Shown here piece by piece: positions 26,264 through 36,848 of a DNA stretch of 62,160 bases. Origin of the DNA: a virus (lineage: Duplodnaviria; Caudoviricetes); IMG/VR virus record IMGVR_UViG_3300032753_000025, positions 1 to 62,160 of that record, one strand, 5' to 3'. Position numbers and translations under genes: made by a program. A model generated the notes under the pieces. The model did not search any database. It was not told the DNA's origin and was given only the letters and a program-made list of their open reading frames with translations. Every line of letters starts with the position of its first letter. The first letter of the stretch is position 1.

Positions 26264-28981
26264 TCAAATGTGTCTGTTTGCGACTTCAAGCGCCTTAACG
26301 ACGTGTTCGTCAGGCGCGTTTAATATCTGCTTTGTGCCGTCATTTATACGCTTTCTGGATCGATCAACAGCCTTCATGAGCATGTCGGCAGTCATCTCTC
26401 CCGGAATACGTCCGCCAGCTTTTCTCTGTAAGCGAGGGGGCTGCCCGGCTTGCTCAATAGCGGCGGGATAACCAACTTGCGGAATTGTCTTGCCTGTTTC
26501 TTCTGCCACCTTAGCAATTGCGCCAGACAAAGAAGAGAAAGCCTCAGGTGACGGCTTGCGCATTAGCTGAGCCATTAGCTTAGGGTCATGCATCGCCTCT
26601 TGCAGAAGCTTCATTGCGGCGTCTTTTGTCGTCCCATATAAAAATGAGTTCATGCCAGAAACAATTGGCGCAGTAAGACCTTTGCCGACGCCCAGGAAGC
26701 GGGCAGCGGCAGCGCCAAAGGGCGCACCGCTTGCCGCCGTAGAAACGCCCTCAGCTATGTGTCCAAGAAGAGCCGCGGCGGCCACGTCAGGTATTGCGCC
26801 AGTCGCCCTGCCGTAAAGGATCGACATAATGTTGTTGTTGGCAAGCTTGTCTAACGTCTTCGTGCTTGTCAGGTTGCCGTGAGGAAGCTGAGACACGACC
26901 TTTGACGAACGATGCAAGGCGTCAATATAATTTTGTAGGTCATGATCGCCCGCGGCAATGTCCTTTATCTTGTCTTTGTTTCTATCGAGAAAGTTAGACA
27001 AGCGCTTTGGATTATTGCTGTCGGCTTCGCGCTGGAATGCTTCAGTCAATTGGCGCTTCTGCGCTGCCTCGACGCTTTCACCCGCACGTTGCGCAATATT
27101 CTCTACCCTTCCCCGCAACCCAGGAATTTCGTCAATCACTGACGCCATTTTAGGATCAGAGATAAATTTCTGGACGTCTTTTGGCGTCACATTAAAGTTC
27201 GTGCCGTTCTTCGTTAACTTGCCAATAACCCAATTGGTTGTTGGCTCGTCAATGTTAACGCCAGGGAGCTCGCGGACCATGCGCAAGTTTTGCGCGGCAT
27301 TTGGCCCTGAAAACATTTTGTCAAAAACAGCTTCACCCGCGATACGTTCGCCACCGCCTTGCATATCAGCCACAAGTTCCGACAGGAATTTTGGACCAAA
27401 TGTATCGTGGTAATCTTTTGTCGCGGCGCGAGCCGTGTTCCACGCATTACGCTGAGCACCTGTCTTGTCACCAAAGAGAATATTCTTCTCGTTGTTGAGC
27501 ATTTCAGCAAGCTTTGCTGCCACTTCGTTATTCGCGTGCTGCGTAAAATAATCACCCTTCTCGCCAGCACTGCGCGCCGCAGAAAGGATTTGCGAGCGAA
27601 GATCCTGAAAGTGCAAGAGAGGAATGTTTTTACCTTCAGTCTGGCTAAGAGCCTCAACGACAGACATGGCGTCAGCGTCGAGAGCCTTGCGCTTTGATGG
27701 AGACATTGAATTGATGAAGTCGGCGAGCTCATTCATCGTTTTTGTTTTGTAGATCGCGGCAGACTGAAGTCCGGGATGCGCCCACGCGGTCTTCTCTGCT
27801 TCTGCTTTTTGCTTCTCCAGGGCGGACACAACATTTTTAACTTGTATTGCCGCGTCGCCTTGTGGGTTTAAGGACGGAGGAAGGCCGGCAGCAGTCTCCA
27901 TGTCGACTGGCTTAATGTGCGTTCCGACTTCACCAGGAACGCGAGGAGCCGCGGCAGTCGTTGCCTCAAGCGATCTGGCCTCTTGCGCCTTGCGTCGCGC
28001 AATATCTTCCTCACCTTCCTTGCGGCCCATGCCTTCCAGCCTGGTCTCAAGCGCCTTTGCCTCGCCACCGCCAAGGACTTGCGCAGTTGTTGGCTGCACT
28101 TCTTCGACGTAACGACCTGGCTGTCCTTGTAGCGTTAACTCAGTCTCTAAGCGCGACGCCGCTTTTTCAGGCTCAGCAAAAGCTTCCCGTGCGACTTGTC
28201 CCGCAATTTTACTAGCGCGCTCCGCAACAGCGGGGGCCGCCCGTGCCTCAAGAAGTTTAGAAATTCCTGCCGCGCCTGCGGCGCCAGGAAGCGCGCCAAG
28301 AAGGCGGGCAGGCATCTCATACTTTGTGCCATGCGTTAGTTCGCCTGCAATCCCTGAACCAAGGCCGCCCAGTGCGCCTGCGGCTAGTCTGGTGCCAATA
28401 CCTCCAGGTCCAGCCAAAGAGCCGCCAGTAAGCTCGCCTGTTGCTTCTGCGACACGTCCCGGAAGTGTTTGTGGGTGATATTCAGGCATGCCGGCGCGAA
28501 TTGCTGCTTGCTGCATGCCGTGAGCTGTCGGGACTGGAAGGCCACCGATCGTTGTTACTTCACCGGCGAGCTCGCGCTCAGACGGCTTGTAGAACTCCTG
28601 GCCAAGTTTCTTGCCGGCTTCCATAAACTGCTCGGCAGTTTGCGGCTGGCCTGCTTTTGTTGGCGGTATAAGGCCAAGAGCCTCAGCGCCCTCAGCTAGT
28701 TTGCGCGTGCCATACTCGCCGGCAATATCATACAGCTGAGCCAAAGACCCAGGCATTCCGGGGATGCCGACTGCGCCCTTGGCGGCCCCAGATACAAACC
28801 CTTTGCCAATGTCTTCACCAAATCCTGGTGGCGTTGGCTTACGCGCCGATGGCGGGTTGAACTTAAATTCAGGCGTAGAGGTCGCGCTTCTTTCTGCCTC
28901 AACAAATGCAGGGGTTGGGGCTTCCTTTCTCCGCAAGCTTGGCGGAGAAAAGACAAAATCCTTCTTCTCTTCCTCTGCCAT
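26264..28981 (-). CDS. Putative internal virion/DNA ejection protein
   Basis: Large Ala/Gly-rich helical protein in the podovirus ejectosome position; C-terminal RKAGGRI. Confidence 0.65.
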   Translation of the reverse strand: MAEEEKKDFVFSPPSLRRKEAPTPAFVEAERSATSTPEFKFNPPSARKPTPPGFGEDIGKGFVSGAAKGAVGIPGMPGSLAQLYDIAGEYGTRKLAEGAEALGLIPPTKAGQPQTAEQFMEAGKKLGQEFYKPSERELAGEVTTIGGLPVPTAHGMQQAAIRAGMPEYHPQTLPGRVAEATGELTGGSLAGPGGIGTRLAAGALGGLGSGIAGELTHGTKYEMPARLLGALPGAAGAAGISKLLEARAAPAVAERASKIAGQVAREAFAEPEKAASRLETELTLQGQPGRYVEEVQPTTAQVLGGGEAKALETRLEGMGRKEGEEDIARRKAQEARSLEATTAAAPRVPGEVGTHIKPVDMETAAGLPPSLNPQGDAAIQVKNVVSALEKQKAEAEKTAWAHPGLQSAAIYKTKTMNELADFINSMSPSKRKALDADAMSVVEALSQTEGKNIPLLHFQDLRSQILSAARSAGEKGDYFTQHANNEVAAKLAEMLNNEKNILFGDKTGAQRNAWNTARAATKDYHDTFGPKFLSELVADMQGGGERIAGEAVFDKMFSGPNAAQNLRMVRELPGVNIDEPTTNWVIGKLTKNGTNFNVTPKDVQKFISDPKMASVIDEIPGLRGRVENIAQRAGESVEAAQKRQLTEAFQREADSNNPKRLSNFLDRNKDKIKDIAAGDHDLQNYIDALHRSSKVVSQLPHGNLTSTKTLDKLANNNIMSILYGRATGAIPDVAAAALLGHIAEGVSTAASGAPFGAAAARFLGVGKGLTAPIVSGMNSFLYGTTKDAAMKLLQEAMHDPKLMAQLMRKPSPEAFSSLSGAIAKVAEETGKTIPQVGYPAAIEQAGQPPRLQRKAGGRIPGEMTADMLMKAVDRSRKRINDGTKQILNAPDEHVVKALEVANRHI

Positions 28982-31900
28982 TACTTTTCTCCAAGGAGGA
29001 TCGCCGCGACGCCTTTACCATACATTTTATCAATTTCGCCTTTACTGGATTTTACTTGGTCTTTTGTTAAAGACTTCAAGTAACCCATGTCGTCCTTGTC
29101 GATTGCTTCAAGGATGGCGCGATTAACGTATCTCTCTGGAGGATTAAATTTTCTGAATGTTGCGTCAGCGCCGGTAAGCGTTCCAAAGCGCGCCGCATAG
29201 TCTTCCATAAACGCAAGTCGGTCTTGCTGATACTTTGCAGCCTCGCGTAAGCCTGAGCTAATACGCTTATATGCAATTGGACTATTTTCCATGCCAGGAT
29301 TTGCTTTTACCGCGCTCTGCACAATGAAGCCTGGCTCGTGGCCAAGAGATCTGGCGACATCAAAGCCAAGACGCGTGGTGTCTTTTGACAAGGCTTCTGC
29401 CGCCGCAACATTGTTTGGATCAAACAAAGGCTGGCCGCCAAGCATTGTCGTTATTTCATTTGCAGTCTTGGCAAGGTCTGTTCTTGCTTGAGATGCAGGG
29501 CCTGGCTCTAAGAAGTTTGCCTCTTTAGGCAATTGATCAAATTGATGCTCCATTTCGTCGAGACGGTAGAGCTGATCAAATGCTGCCTTCGATGTTGTGC
29601 GAAGCCCTTCTACTTCTTTCTTAGCCGCTTCTTGCTGCTTAGGAAGATCGCCGCTCATTGCAATGTTAAGAGCGCCAGGGATCTTTGTGTCTTTTGGTGC
29701 GGCAAGCGTCGGCTGCCAGTCAATGGCGTCACCAACTTTACGCTCTTTTCCTTGAACCTTTTCTTGAAGAGACTTCTTGCCAATATCTTCAATTCTTTCA
29801 CCACCGCCGCGTGTTGGTATTTTATTAACGTCGACGTTTTTAGTTGGATTACCATCAGCGTCAGAAATCTGAACAGGCGTCTTGTATGGCTGCGTCTTGT
29901 CGTAGACCATCCAGCCAACATTCGGCACCCACTGCTTCTCGTAGAGAGTAGAAAGTTTTTCTTTTGTCTCTGCCGCAGCGCGTGCCGCGAGGTTCTCGCG
30001 CTCTTTAGTTTCAGCGGCAAGTTTTGGAACTTCAGCCTTGAGTTTCTCAATCTCTGGGATCTGTTTTCCGACATCCATGTAAGACTTAGCGCCAGCGCCA
30101 AGACCCGCACCCGCGCCTCTCAGCATTGCGCCGCCAAGGCTTGTGGTCGGAGACGAAACCATCCCCTCAAGTGCAGCGCCAAGACCTGAAAGCAACGGCA
30201 CCACTGTTTGACGGTTAAGGCCAAATCCTTCTTCAGATGGCTTAACACCTCCTGAAAGATTTACTGTCGACCCTTCTTCAGGAAGATTTGCCTGAGCGTA
30301 ATAGCTTCTTGCATTTGGCGGCAAGTTAGAAAGAGCGTCTCCGACACCGCCGCGTAGTGCTTCATTTCTATTTGCCCAAGCTTTTTCGTATTTTCCGTAT
30401 TTTTCAGGATCGCGAGCAACTAAATTATTAAGAAACGCCTCGCGTGCCGCCATGAACTTTTCAGGATCGTTGCCTGATTGCTTTAGGAACTGACGCGCAC
30501 GTCCCGGACCAGCCATGACTGCAGTGTCGTAGGCCATGCCGCGAACGCCTTCAGGAAGCTGATCGGCATTAATGCCTTGCCAGTATTCTTTGCGGTAGAT
30601 GTCTTTTGCTTGATCGCGGGTGAGGTTTCTAACATCAATACCCGGATGCGCGGCTTGATTGATGCCATACATAGACGGAGTTTTGTTCGTGTCGCTTGGG
30701 TTCAGTCCGCCTTCAAACTTAAATGTCTGCTCTACATTTCGCTCGAAATCGTCGTCTGATGGCTTAACAAAACCTTCGCCTTCATACCCACGGCGGCCAA
30801 CTAATCCGCCATCGTAATAGCCGACACGACCGCCGTCCTTTAGAGCAAAAGGAAGTAACGATGAAAGAAAACTTAATATCCCACCAGAACCTGCGGCGTC
30901 TGCCGCTGTTCCAATAGTTGGGACAGCCATATTTCCAGCCGCCCCCACAACACCATATGCAGGAGCGGTTGTCGGTGCAGACGCAGAGCCTAATCCACTA
31001 AACAAACTACCAATGCCAAGGTCTTTACCAAGCTTGGTGGCCTGATCTGCTAATCCTAATAAACCAGAAAGAGACGTTCCTTGTTTAGCGCCGCTCCCGC
31101 CTCCAAGGCCGCCTGGCGTTAAACCATGAGACCCTTGGATCTGGCCGGTAGGCATCGCTTGAGCCTTCTCAGCCTTGTCCATGTCCTCATACATTTTGGC
31201 TTGTTCTTGGGCTAACGCGGCAGGATCCGTGTCTACGGCACCAGTGAGATTGTATCCCTTACGACCGACAACTCCGCCGCGGTAATAATCTTTACCTGGC
31301 GTTAGATCGATTACAGCGCCGCCCATACGCTCCTTGCCTTTGGCGCGACCGCCACGAGCCAGGAACATGCCAAATGGATTTTGAGCTTGAGCTTGATACG
31401 TCTGTTGACCAGTAAGCGGGCCAAGGCCGCCGGCAAGTCCGCCAAGAAACTGCGCCTGCATGTATGGCCACATTTGCTGCTGCTGGAACTGATTGTAGAG
31501 GGCGTTGATGCCAGCTTGCTGCGTTTGCTGGCCAAGAGTGCCTGCCCCCAATTGTGCTTGAGCTTGACCAAGCGCCGCCTGCTGCGCGGCAGTCCCGATG
31601 TTGCCAAGCTGCTGCGCGCCTTGAAGGCCATATTGCTGTTGGTTCTGAGCAGCCTGAAGGGCCTGGCCGTATCCTGTCTGATACAGTGGGCTCAATGCTT
31701 GGCCTAATCCAAGGTTTTGCTGACCCATAAGCGTCGCACGTGTAAGGGCGTCACGCTGTCCGCCAAAAGCGCCGCCTTGTATTGCTTGTTGTTGCTGTTG
31801 AGCTAATTGCTGACCTTGCTGCTGTTGAACTGCCTGCTGAACCGGGCTGACAACCTGGTTCATGTAAGGGTTCATGTAGTTCCCAACCGTATTGTAGGCA

Positions 31901-32205
31901 GGGTTCAAGGCATTCATTGTCGCGCCAGTGGCCATATTGTAATACGGCTGCGCCATGCCTTGCGTATTCGTAATATTTTGAATAGCGCCGGTTTGGGTAG
32001 GATTTAACTGCGCGACAAATTGTTCTGGCGTAGTGCCAAACTGCTGGTATGGCTGGGCAACGGCATTCTGCGCCATGCCCATTGCCTGATTATACCAGCC
32101 AAGCGCCTGCGGAGATGCCGTTGTAGTGGCCTGCTGCGCGGGGGCTAATCCGCCCCATCCAAGAGCCCCTTGGCCTCCACCACTTTGGCTACCCTTGCCG
32201 CACAT
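28981..32205 (-). CDS. Putative ejection protein with GH108 lysozyme-like domain
   Basis: MCGKG start, Gln-rich N-terminus; EGG...D....YGI...A..IYRKEYW..INADQLP....YDTAVMAGPGRA. Confidence 0.75.
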   Translation of the reverse strand: MCGKGSQSGGGQGALGWGGLAPAQQATTTASPQALGWYNQAMGMAQNAVAQPYQQFGTTPEQFVAQLNPTQTGAIQNITNTQGMAQPYYNMATGATMNALNPAYNTVGNYMNPYMNQVVSPVQQAVQQQQGQQLAQQQQQAIQGGAFGGQRDALTRATLMGQQNLGLGQALSPLYQTGYGQALQAAQNQQQYGLQGAQQLGNIGTAAQQAALGQAQAQLGAGTLGQQTQQAGINALYNQFQQQQMWPYMQAQFLGGLAGGLGPLTGQQTYQAQAQNPFGMFLARGGRAKGKERMGGAVIDLTPGKDYYRGGVVGRKGYNLTGAVDTDPAALAQEQAKMYEDMDKAEKAQAMPTGQIQGSHGLTPGGLGGGSGAKQGTSLSGLLGLADQATKLGKDLGIGSLFSGLGSASAPTTAPAYGVVGAAGNMAVPTIGTAADAAGSGGILSFLSSLLPFALKDGGRVGYYDGGLVGRRGYEGEGFVKPSDDDFERNVEQTFKFEGGLNPSDTNKTPSMYGINQAAHPGIDVRNLTRDQAKDIYRKEYWQGINADQLPEGVRGMAYDTAVMAGPGRARQFLKQSGNDPEKFMAAREAFLNNLVARDPEKYGKYEKAWANRNEALRGGVGDALSNLPPNARSYYAQANLPEEGSTVNLSGGVKPSEEGFGLNRQTVVPLLSGLGAALEGMVSSPTTSLGGAMLRGAGAGLGAGAKSYMDVGKQIPEIEKLKAEVPKLAAETKERENLAARAAAETKEKLSTLYEKQWVPNVGWMVYDKTQPYKTPVQISDADGNPTKNVDVNKIPTRGGGERIEDIGKKSLQEKVQGKERKVGDAIDWQPTLAAPKDTKIPGALNIAMSGDLPKQQEAAKKEVEGLRTTSKAAFDQLYRLDEMEHQFDQLPKEANFLEPGPASQARTDLAKTANEITTMLGGQPLFDPNNVAAAEALSKDTTRLGFDVARSLGHEPGFIVQSAVKANPGMENSPIAYKRISSGLREAAKYQQDRLAFMEDYAARFGTLTGADATFRKFNPPERYVNRAILEAIDKDDMGYLKSLTKDQVKSSKGEIDKMYGKGVAAILLGEK

Positions 32206-32218
32206 GCATTTTCTCCGC

Positions 32219-32734
32219 TTATTGCTGGGCTTCTATAACTGGTGTCTGCCAGTCCCCAGTTTTTACGCCGTATAAGAAGAAAGCACCAGCAGGAGCGCCA
32301 AATACTCTCTCATAAAGCTTAACCTTGCTCTCAGTCCGGTGTGTTGATAGCACGCCAATAATGAGAGGCATTCCAAGCTCATCCGCCACTTGCTTGCTAA
32401 ATTCGCAAAGCTTTCTTGCCCTGCCGCCGCTTGCACCCCTGTGCTTTGGATGAACAAAAACTGTCTTTTCTTCTATTATCGGAGCGTCAGAATACCACAT
32501 ATTGCCCACGCGTAGCAAAACGAAGCCCTCAACCATCTCCCCAGGATTTCCAATGACGCCAACTAGGCCGTGGTCTTGGTGCAGCGACATCCAAATATCC
32601 CACAAAATCTTATCGACATTTGGCTTAAAAATTCCGTTTTCCTTGCACACCATAAGCGCCAATTCCATGACGCCGTCGACATCTTGCGGCACGCCAACTC
32701 TTATCTTTACCTCTTCTATAGGTTTTCGCGGCAT
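32219..32734 (-). CDS. GNAT-fold protein (T7 gp13-like position)
   Basis: FVHPKHRGASGG..KL and KLYER GNAT motifs. Confidence 0.65.
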   Translation of the reverse strand: MPRKPIEEVKIRVGVPQDVDGVMELALMVCKENGIFKPNVDKILWDIWMSLHQDHGLVGVIGNPGEMVEGFVLLRVGNMWYSDAPIIEEKTVFVHPKHRGASGGRARKLCEFSKQVADELGMPLIIGVLSTHRTESKVKLYERVFGAPAGAFFLYGVKTGDWQTPVIEAQQ

Positions 32735-32743
32735 CGTTCCCCC

Positions 32744-33250
32744 TTAGTCGCGTTTTGGCCCTGGAAGTTTTTTCAGTGTCTGAACAGTTTTTGCGCGGTA
32801 ATCTGTAACGAAGTCATCAAGTGTGTGATGGCCTCTATCAATATCCCCACCGCCAATACGAGAGACATTAAAAGGCGTAATAACATACTCGCCCCCTGCC
32901 ACGATAACTTCTACTGGCGGCTCTTCGCCAACATGCTGCGTCCCAAACACGTCATTGGCGATACGAAACCCCGCCATTGTGTTGCCTTCACCCATTGCGG
33001 AGATAATGTCCGCGGGGATGACGTAAGACCCAGAGTGAACATTTACTGGCAAATGGTCCGTGCGACCGGCTACCGGACTGTGTATGGGGCCGACGTGGAT
33101 CTTATTTGATATTTCTCCGCCCATAGCACGTCTTTGGCGAGACTGATTAAGCGCGGCGGCTACTGCTTGTTTCTGGGGATGGCCTGCCTTGACCATCTCA
33201 GAAATATTTTTGCTGATTGTTTTCTGGCTTGATCCTTTAAGTAACGGCAT
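32744..33250 (-). CDS. Conserved virion-module protein: basic N-domain, RAMGG, then a 'GP..GRTD..GxYV' domain
   Basis: MPLLKGSSQKTISKNI..QKQAVAAAL; GPIHSPVAGRTDHLPVNVHSGSYVIPADII; second GGEYVI. Confidence 0.8.
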   Translation of the reverse strand: MPLLKGSSQKTISKNISEMVKAGHPQKQAVAAALNQSRQRRAMGGEISNKIHVGPIHSPVAGRTDHLPVNVHSGSYVIPADIISAMGEGNTMAGFRIANDVFGTQHVGEEPPVEVIVAGGEYVITPFNVSRIGGGDIDRGHHTLDDFVTDYRAKTVQTLKKLPGPKRD

Positions 33251-33258
33251 GTGTCACC

Positions 33259-33873
33259 TCAACCAAGCGAGTAAGTGATGGAGATTGTCTGTCCAGTCCC
33301 GATAACGACGTAAAGACCGTATGAGAATTGAGCGCCAATTTGATACGTGCCAATTGTTGTAGGGGCCGCCGCTATTTTATTTGCCGTATTCAAATTAAAC
33401 ACAGTGCCGGCAACAGTCTGAGTGCCAGACGTGCTATTTGTGAAAGAAAAGGCAGTTGTCGTTGGCGCGGGAGAAGCGGAGACAGACGTAGTAGATCCGG
33501 GAGTAGTGTTAAATCCTGTAGGGACAACGCCTGATATAATCACCGTGTCTGTTGCTGCAAATGTAGGAGTAGTTGTGGAACCGCCGCTGTATCCAATTGT
33601 CGCTGTTCCTGAACTGCTTGCGGCGGATATCGTCGGATAAGTGCGGTAATCATAAAACACGCTCGCCCCAGTGCCGGCAACAATTGTGTTAATACTTACA
33701 AGTCTTCCAGCTGATAAAGATATGATTGCCCCAGTCGCTGATATGCCATCAGAAGTATATTGCCCGACTGCATAGGCGTAGTTTTTCTGAAACGTGGTCA
33801 GCGTTTGATTAAGGTTGTTGATGGCAATGACGCCATTCTTTTGTGTTGTGAGGGTGTCGTCGAGCGTTGCCAC
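33259..33873 (-). CDS. Virion structural protein (Thr/Ser-rich)
   Basis: Position after the nozzle; beta-rich composition. Confidence 0.6.
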   Translation of the reverse strand: MATLDDTLTTQKNGVIAINNLNQTLTTFQKNYAYAVGQYTSDGISATGAIISLSAGRLVSINTIVAGTGASVFYDYRTYPTISAASSSGTATIGYSGGSTTTPTFAATDTVIISGVVPTGFNTTPGSTTSVSASPAPTTTAFSFTNSTSGTQTVAGTVFNLNTANKIAAAPTTIGTYQIGAQFSYGLYVVIGTGQTISITYSLG

Positions 33874-36182
33874 TAGAATTTCCCATCTTGTTCATAGCGG
33901 TAACGTATAGCACCAAGACGCCAGAAAGTCCCGATTTCAGTAGGAGAGCTGTCTATTCTTAATGCCATTAGACGTGCACGAAAACGCGGAGTTATGTATG
34001 TCGTCGCAGTGCTTAAGTCATAAGGACCATAAACCTTTGGCGTATCTGTTGGGTAATCGGCAGTATAAAAGGATAACTCTACGTGAGCAGTCTGCGACTG
34101 ACCATAGTATCCCCACTTCATGTCAGGCCAAACCTGATCAACAAAGACCTTAACTTCAGCGTCAGACATTGCAAAATATCCAGTCTGGAAGAACGACTGC
34201 ATTACTGCCCCGTCAGCGTCTGGGGATGTTTCGTGCTGATAAACGTAATAGTTTTGAGACGATATTCCTGCACCAATTGGCGGACCAAGAACGGATTGAT
34301 TAATCCACGCCGTTCTCGTTAGAGTTCCAAAGTCCCACTGATCAAGCGTGACATTATATTTGACGTATTTAGATACTTCGCCACCGTCTGTTGTTGTTGG
34401 GTAATACCAGGATATTTCACCAAACTGTGAATTGGCGGCAATTCTAATTTTATCGACATTATTTAGATCAAGGTCCTGGAAAATAACGTCCCATATCGGG
34501 CATCTAATTATCTCTACGCCATTATTGCCGAGTTTGAAGAACTGGCTTTGCCCCATCCAATAAACGACGCCATTCATTGATGTGGCGGCTTTGCGCGAGA
34601 TAAGTCCGCAGCCAGTGCCAATTTCGTTAAACTGGTAGACGTATGGCGGACCAGAGTATTGCATTGCCCAAATTGCAAGGTCTGTCCAAACAAGTCCCTG
34701 TTGCGGACCCTGAATGCACCCAACAATTTTTGACCCACGCGGGAGACGATAAGAGCCGGCCTGATTTGTTATCTGTGGTATCCAGGAAGTAAAATCATTA
34801 ACGTCAGACCAATTAATTAGTAGCGGATCTTGTATGCCGGTAAATGTTGACCCCCACGCAATAACTTGGCGTTGAGGCATTGCGACAAACATGCCGTCAT
34901 TTACTATTGGTGCATTTGCAATGACAGACGCGACAACGGCACCAGTATTTGGTTGCCATGTATAAATTCCGCCACCTACTGGACACGAAACAAATATTTG
35001 TCCCCAATTGTCGAGCGTCCAATCATTCACAGTAATTGGCGACCCTTGAATAATCGCCGGAGGAAGAACGCCAGTGCCGTAGCCGCCAGCTCCGTATCCG
35101 CCGACGCCGTATCCTATGCCTGTTGGAAGAGGTGCCGGAGTTCTATAAAATTGATATTGAGCCTTGCCTGCATTTAAAGATGCAGAGCTATTTAACACGG
35201 TCCCTACAGCGCCAATTGATGCCGCCGCGCCGTGCGCAAACGATACGCTGCTAGATGTCGCCGCAGTTACCGTATACGTTCCGTCATATGTCGTCGTGCC
35301 CGATACTGTTACTATATCCCCGACGTGAAAAGTATAAGTTCCACTGAATATTACGGTAGCAGTTCCAGACGTAACACTGGCGCTTACAATAGAGGCGGTT
35401 GTCGCGGTAGATCCGGCGATAAACGTAAAAGTATTTGCGTCACTAACTGAATTTACTGTGTAGTTTCCGTATAATGTTACTGACCCGTAAGTCCCGCTTA
35501 TAACAATTGGAAATGTGCTTCCAACTGAATAGCCGTGATTATTTAATACAACACTTACTTGAGCTTGATTGCTTGTAAAAGAAAAGAAAGAAAAGACGGG
35601 GACAGCGCCGCTTGGAGACGTTATTGTTGACGTCGCCGCTAATGGGTTCCCCAGCGCATCTTTTGCAACAATTTGAAACTGATCAACACCTAAAAACAAA
35701 CACTGGTATGTGCCAAACAACACCAGTCCGTCTACTGCTATTTGAGTTTTTATGTATACGGTGTCATACGCACTGACATTAGAGCCAACTGCGTAAATAG
35801 TTATTGTGCTTGATCCTGCAGGTGTCGTTATTCCATTACTTGCGTCAAATGCATAATTTAATGTATCCGTCCTGGGCGTAATTACTTGCCTATTCCCGCT
35901 AAATATAACAGAAAGCCCATTACCATTTACTGACGTGCTTTGCTGCCCAAGACCTAGATAAGTATTGGCGTTCGTGTCTTCCCATGCCCACAATGCGCGG
36001 ACAATGTCTCCGACGGAGTTCGCGAAGAACTTTGTCCATCCGCCAAGCTTTTGGACAAGCGCGACGCCCTGGCGATCGGGGACGAACCGTATGAGGTTTG
36101 TTTGAGATATCGCCGCCTCGTTGAACGTCGTTGTGCGGTTTTGATCGACGCCAGGGATAAGCTTGAGTGTTTGATGCGGCAT
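33873..36182 (-). CDS. Tail nozzle / stabilization protein (P22 gp10 / T7 gp12-like)
   Basis: Beta-propeller-like repeats: DNWG, WSD, GCGLI, VYWMG, EISWYYP, WDFGTL.RTAW, WRLG. Confidence 0.8.
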   Translation of the reverse strand: MPHQTLKLIPGVDQNRTTTFNEAAISQTNLIRFVPDRQGVALVQKLGGWTKFFANSVGDIVRALWAWEDTNANTYLGLGQQSTSVNGNGLSVIFSGNRQVITPRTDTLNYAFDASNGITTPAGSSTITIYAVGSNVSAYDTVYIKTQIAVDGLVLFGTYQCLFLGVDQFQIVAKDALGNPLAATSTITSPSGAVPVFSFFSFTSNQAQVSVVLNNHGYSVGSTFPIVISGTYGSVTLYGNYTVNSVSDANTFTFIAGSTATTASIVSASVTSGTATVIFSGTYTFHVGDIVTVSGTTTYDGTYTVTAATSSSVSFAHGAAASIGAVGTVLNSSASLNAGKAQYQFYRTPAPLPTGIGYGVGGYGAGGYGTGVLPPAIIQGSPITVNDWTLDNWGQIFVSCPVGGGIYTWQPNTGAVVASVIANAPIVNDGMFVAMPQRQVIAWGSTFTGIQDPLLINWSDVNDFTSWIPQITNQAGSYRLPRGSKIVGCIQGPQQGLVWTDLAIWAMQYSGPPYVYQFNEIGTGCGLISRKAATSMNGVVYWMGQSQFFKLGNNGVEIIRCPIWDVIFQDLDLNNVDKIRIAANSQFGEISWYYPTTTDGGEVSKYVKYNVTLDQWDFGTLTRTAWINQSVLGPPIGAGISSQNYYVYQHETSPDADGAVMQSFFQTGYFAMSDAEVKVFVDQVWPDMKWGYYGQSQTAHVELSFYTADYPTDTPKVYGPYDLSTATTYITPRFRARLMALRIDSSPTEIGTFWRLGAIRYRYEQDGKF

Positions 36183-36844
36183 TAAGCGGCCTCCCACATT
36201 AAATGCAAAAGTTCCGCTGGTATTTTATTTCCCTTACTAAGATTTTCTTCTGCCTTAATCACTCTTAAATTCCAAGGAACATGAAGACCAGTAAATCCGT
36301 TACCCTGTATGGGGTGGATATGATCAACATGATGAAGAACGCCAGTTGTTTCTGACATCATTTTCGCGGCAGCATAATACCATTGTATTTGAATATGATG
36401 AATTTCGTTAAGCCATTCTGGTGTCGCATTAAGTTTTGCTGCTCTGCGCGTTGCGCTTCTAGCCATATAATCCGTTTTGTTATTTTGATAATGTTTTTTG
36501 CGTGCTTTTCTATTAACCTCCCTATTTTCACGCTGATATTTTCCGACACGCTCTATTATCATCTCTCTATTGTTTTCATAATGTTCTTCTCTTTGTTTCA
36601 AAATATTTTCTTTGTCGTTGTAATATCTATCTCTATCTTTTTGAAGAACATGCTCTCTATTTTCTTCGCGGTATTTTTTTGCCCTAGCCCTTGATTTTTC
36701 TTGATTGTTTGCGTGCCATTTTCTGGCTTTGGCTGCATCGCAATCTTTACAAATACTCATGCGGCCATCCTTTGATGCTTTCTTAATAGAAAACATATCA
36801 ATTGTTTTTGTTTTGCCGCATTTGTTGCATTTTTTAAATTGCAT
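36182..36844 (-). CDS. HNH endonuclease
   Basis: CNKC..CKDC, RRAAKLNATPEW, HVDHIHPIQG..GLHVPWNL...N..KGN. Confidence 0.9.
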   Translation of the reverse strand: MQFKKCNKCGKTKTIDMFSIKKASKDGRMSICKDCDAAKARKWHANNQEKSRARAKKYREENREHVLQKDRDRYYNDKENILKQREEHYENNREMIIERVGKYQRENREVNRKARKKHYQNNKTDYMARSATRRAAKLNATPEWLNEIHHIQIQWYYAAAKMMSETTGVLHHVDHIHPIQGNGFTGLHVPWNLRVIKAEENLSKGNKIPAELLHLMWEAA

Positions 36845-36848
36845 AATA

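Noticed and set aside
36182-36844. HNH genes as group I intron ORFs
   Set aside because: The HNH genes at 15600 and 36182 sit between apparently intact genes with almost no flanking non-coding sequence for an intron core.
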